From Moniliella sp. 'wahieum' (taxonomy: Eukaryota), in assembly GCA_003971905.1 (NCBI GenBank), contig RSEE01000047.1:248001-312000 (forward strand): a stretch of 64,000 nucleotides of DNA, read 5' to 3'. This document shows positions 60,945 through 64,000 of the stretch, piece by piece. How positions within the stretch are numbered: position 1 is the first letter of the stretch; every line of letters begins with the position of its first letter. The notes below the pieces were generated by a model that worked only from the letters and a program-made list of their open reading frames with translations, was not told the DNA's origin and made no database searches. Position numbers and translations under genes: made by a program.

Positions 60945-63900
60945 TCATCGCACCGTGCGTGCGGCTGGCAAATCTCCGAATCGCAGGCGCCCTGGCGCCG
61001 CACAAGCCAGCTGAGCCGGTACGTAAAAAGGATGAAATGCAAACACATGAAAACAACAGGGGGCAAAGTAAAACCCAATGGACGCGCAGCGTGGCCGCGA
61101 GGAGGGGGAGGGAAGCAGGTAGTCGATAGAGAGGGAATGGGAAATGGGAAATGGGAGGGGGAGGGAGAAAGGGTTCAAGTTCAACGTTCCAACGTTCCAA
61201 TGGTCCAACGTTCCAATGGTCCAACCATTCAAGTCAAGCAGGTTGGTACCCATCTTCCAACCGAGCTTGGCGTCGGTCCAACTTACGTTGTTTCCGTTTC
61301 TTGTGCGACACGACCGAGTGGGCCGTCTCGGCAACGCGGAAGGCGCGACGCGCCTTGGTCTCTCTTCCACCACCACGCGCCGTAGGAGCGTTGCCAGCGG
61401 CACGCCCCGCGTCCGACTCACCGACTCGGTGCGCAGGGCCGGCGTAGCTTCCCACTCGCCATCTCGCTCGCGCTCACGGTCGCGCTGCTCCGACAGACGG
61501 GGGAGGAAGAGCGAGCTACCGATCGCACTGGAGGAGGAGGAGAGTGGGTTGGGAGAGAGGCCCTTGGGCAAAGGCCCTTCCCAGCGCAGGTCCAGCTGCC
61601 CTTGGCCCGGCGGACCGTACCACGACGAGACAAAGGCCGGCCCGAGCCAGTCGAGGGTATGCGCCAGGTCGAGTCGCTGGGCCGGGTTGGACGGTAGCCA
61701 CAGGTACCGGTCCAAGCGCGAACTGTGGGCCGGGGTCGAGTAGCGCGCCAAGTCGTCCGGACGGTCGTCCCAGATGATGGGCGGGTGGGGCCGGGCGAGG
61801 GATTTGGGTTGGGCAGAGGCAGGCGGCGAGATGACCAGTTTGGGAAGCATAAACGACGGTCGATGCTTCGGATCAGTACGTCCTTCCTCTCCGGTTGGTG
61901 TCAAGGGGGAGATGGTGACCGGAACCAAGGTAGCTTCGGAAGGACGGTTGCTAATGCCAGACGCATGCGTCGACACGGACCACGGTGGTGTGGCATGTGG
62001 CTTGACATCCCACTTTTCTTCGTCCCACGGATCGGCCTCCCACTCCGCGTCCCCCTTCTTGTACGGGGAGAGGGAGCGGCTGGGGACCGGTTGCGGAACG
62101 TAGAAGATTGATGGTACCCCGTTCGCTCCCACGGATCGGGTGGCAGCTGCCCGCGCGCCTTCCGACCACGAATGCCGAGACGCACATCGGATTCAGAAGC
62201 GGGATCCCACTCCATATCGTCCGAGCCTTCCTCCTCATCGTACATCCTCCGTTCATGAAGAGAACGGGTACCCAACGGCTGACGCAAATCGGTCGAGCTT
62301 TGAAACTGCGGGCGCGGCTCGTCACGGTTCGTCTCGGCTGCTTTGGACTTGAAAAAGACGTGCCTGGCAGCCCAAGTGGCCACCACCGAACGAATCACCG
62401 CCGGCGCCTTGGTATCCAGCTGGATTTGATGCTCCTCCAACAAGTCCCGTCGAGGCGTCGAGTACAATAGAGAGACCCATCCAGGCGAATCAATGCCGTT
62501 GGCACAAAACAGGTCAAGCCACCGATGGAAGCGAGCCCAGCGCGAAGGCTCCCTTGGCACCACTGGGATGCGCTGGGGGAACCGGCCGGCGGCCCGTGCG
62601 TCTTCAACTCCTTCTCGGGGGAGGAGGTCCTCGACGTTCATTTGAGGATGATACGCCTCCCTGAGTTGGACCCAGGAGGGAAGCGTGTCGATACCGCAGA
62701 TGGCATTCGCTTCGTCGTCGTCCAAAGAACGGCATTGAGAGACCCACAGACGCGTTCCGACCAGCTTAATCACTGCTGTACAGGGGATCAGACCGATGGT
62801 GAAAATAAGATACACGGCACGCTCCTTGGTCACGGCAAAAAAGATGGCCAGGACAACCTGAGCCACGATCAATCCGTCCAACGAAAAACGTAGCATGCGC
62901 TTCAGGTAGATCTGCCCTTGGTTTTCGTGGAAACGACTAAGGTAAACATAGGCCAGGTCTTTCTTGAACACGACTCTGTAGTTTTTTTAAACAAAGGCAA
63001 GGTCAGTACGTCCCCACGAGGAAGAAAAGTCAACAAGGCGAACGTACAAAGCGCACCAAAGGTATACCATGGCAAAGGGGATGACGAGTGGATTGAAGAT
63101 GGCAAAAATGAATACGATGGTCATGACGGTCAAATGGAGTGGGAGCCAAATCGCATGACCAAATTTGCGCGGCAATACCTTTTCCGTGCGTTCGCGTGGC
63201 GAACACGCGCCCACTGCTTGGGCCGCTTGCCACAGTCCAATCACCGCTTGGATCAACTCGGCACCCGTTTGGGTGGCAATGTTGAGCATCAGATAGGAAC
63301 AGAAAAAGGGTGCGGCCGACGGAAAGGCAAATGCGATCGAGGTCAAGACGGATCCTTGGTGGCTACTGTCCACACGAACCAGAATCGTCTGCAGCGTGGT
63401 GGCCCCCACGGAAAACAGGATGACGGTGTTACAGACAACAAACTTCCAGTAGCGACACAGACACTGGTCGTAAAGCTCGGTGCGAGTAAAGAACCGATGA
63501 GCCCGCAGGTGGATCTGGAAGATGAATTCGGGCACGAGCAACATCACCCCCGATACGATCAGGGTAGGCAGAGTACCCGAGACAAAACGCAGCCAGGCCC
63601 TGTGGTCGGAAAATGCCCGAATCGTGATTGTAGGTATGGGTGATACCGCCAATGTTGTTGAGCACGAAGCAGCCGCCTGGGTAGGAATCATCCAAAAGAC
63701 GGTGAACAGCCAGAAAAAGGTGCTTACCCCGAGACTGCGTACAATCTTTCCAGCCAGGGTCGTGTGCATGAGCCGGTCCCAGATGATGTCCTGCGCTCGG
63801 GGGCGAGGACAATGCGGGAGCAACTTGGTCGCTGAGCTCACGCCAAACAAGCCTTGCTTGGCGCGGTCACGGAAGGTGACAAACGCGACGGCGTGGCCCC

Positions 63901-64000
63901 ACTGATTGGCCGGGAGAGCACGCGCCGCGTCCACCAACGCATTGAGCAACTTGAACTTGGTCACGAGCAAGTCAATTGTTGGCACCACATCCCCCTTGTA
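60945..64000 (-). CDS. CSC1/OSCA/TMEM63 (RSN1_7TM, DUF221) membrane protein, 3' part
   Basis: AVAFVTF, P.AQDIIW, FFWLFTVFWMIP, RYWKFVVCN, PSAAPFFCSY, IFNPLVIPF, FKKDLAYVY..E.QG, LRFSLDGL; intron ~62976-63047; frameshifts; runs off window. Confidence 0.88.

Overview
Eukaryotic, GC-rich, intron-poor fungal DNA; a basidiomycete, probably Ustilaginomycotina (inferred from gene content and short GT..AG introns, not from a search). Many conserved genes are split by 1-bp frameshifts, most likely uncorrected long-read indels. About 17 protein genes are supportable. In order: an OCA/Siw14-family pseudophosphatase, a JJJ1/DNAJC21 J-protein running with no spacer into a ChaC gamma-glutamylcyclotransferase (candidate fusion), a Gti1/Pac2 (WOPR) transcription factor, a DHA1 MFS transporter, an AlkB-like dioxygenase, a Grr1-like F-box/LRR protein, a large coiled-coil protein, SND2, PCF11, an Erf2-like DHHC palmitoyltransferase, cytosolic HSP70, a dienelactone hydrolase, a TauD dioxygenase, a PKA-like kinase, a siderophore transporter with an iron-GATA box, an AIF-like Rieske oxidoreductase and a partial CSC1/OSCA channel. 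Non-coding features include an intron-containing tRNA-Gln(CTG) and two ~180-bp solo LTRs of one family with 5-bp target-site duplications, one directly after the tRNA terminator. There is also an 833-bp LTR-like element with internal tandem arrays and a ~12-kb gene-poor island. The most unusual signal is a window-wide intergenic 'grammar': 7-bp-period arrays built from many different A-NNNN-T hexameric palindromes joined by one base, giving TGA/TCA junctions.
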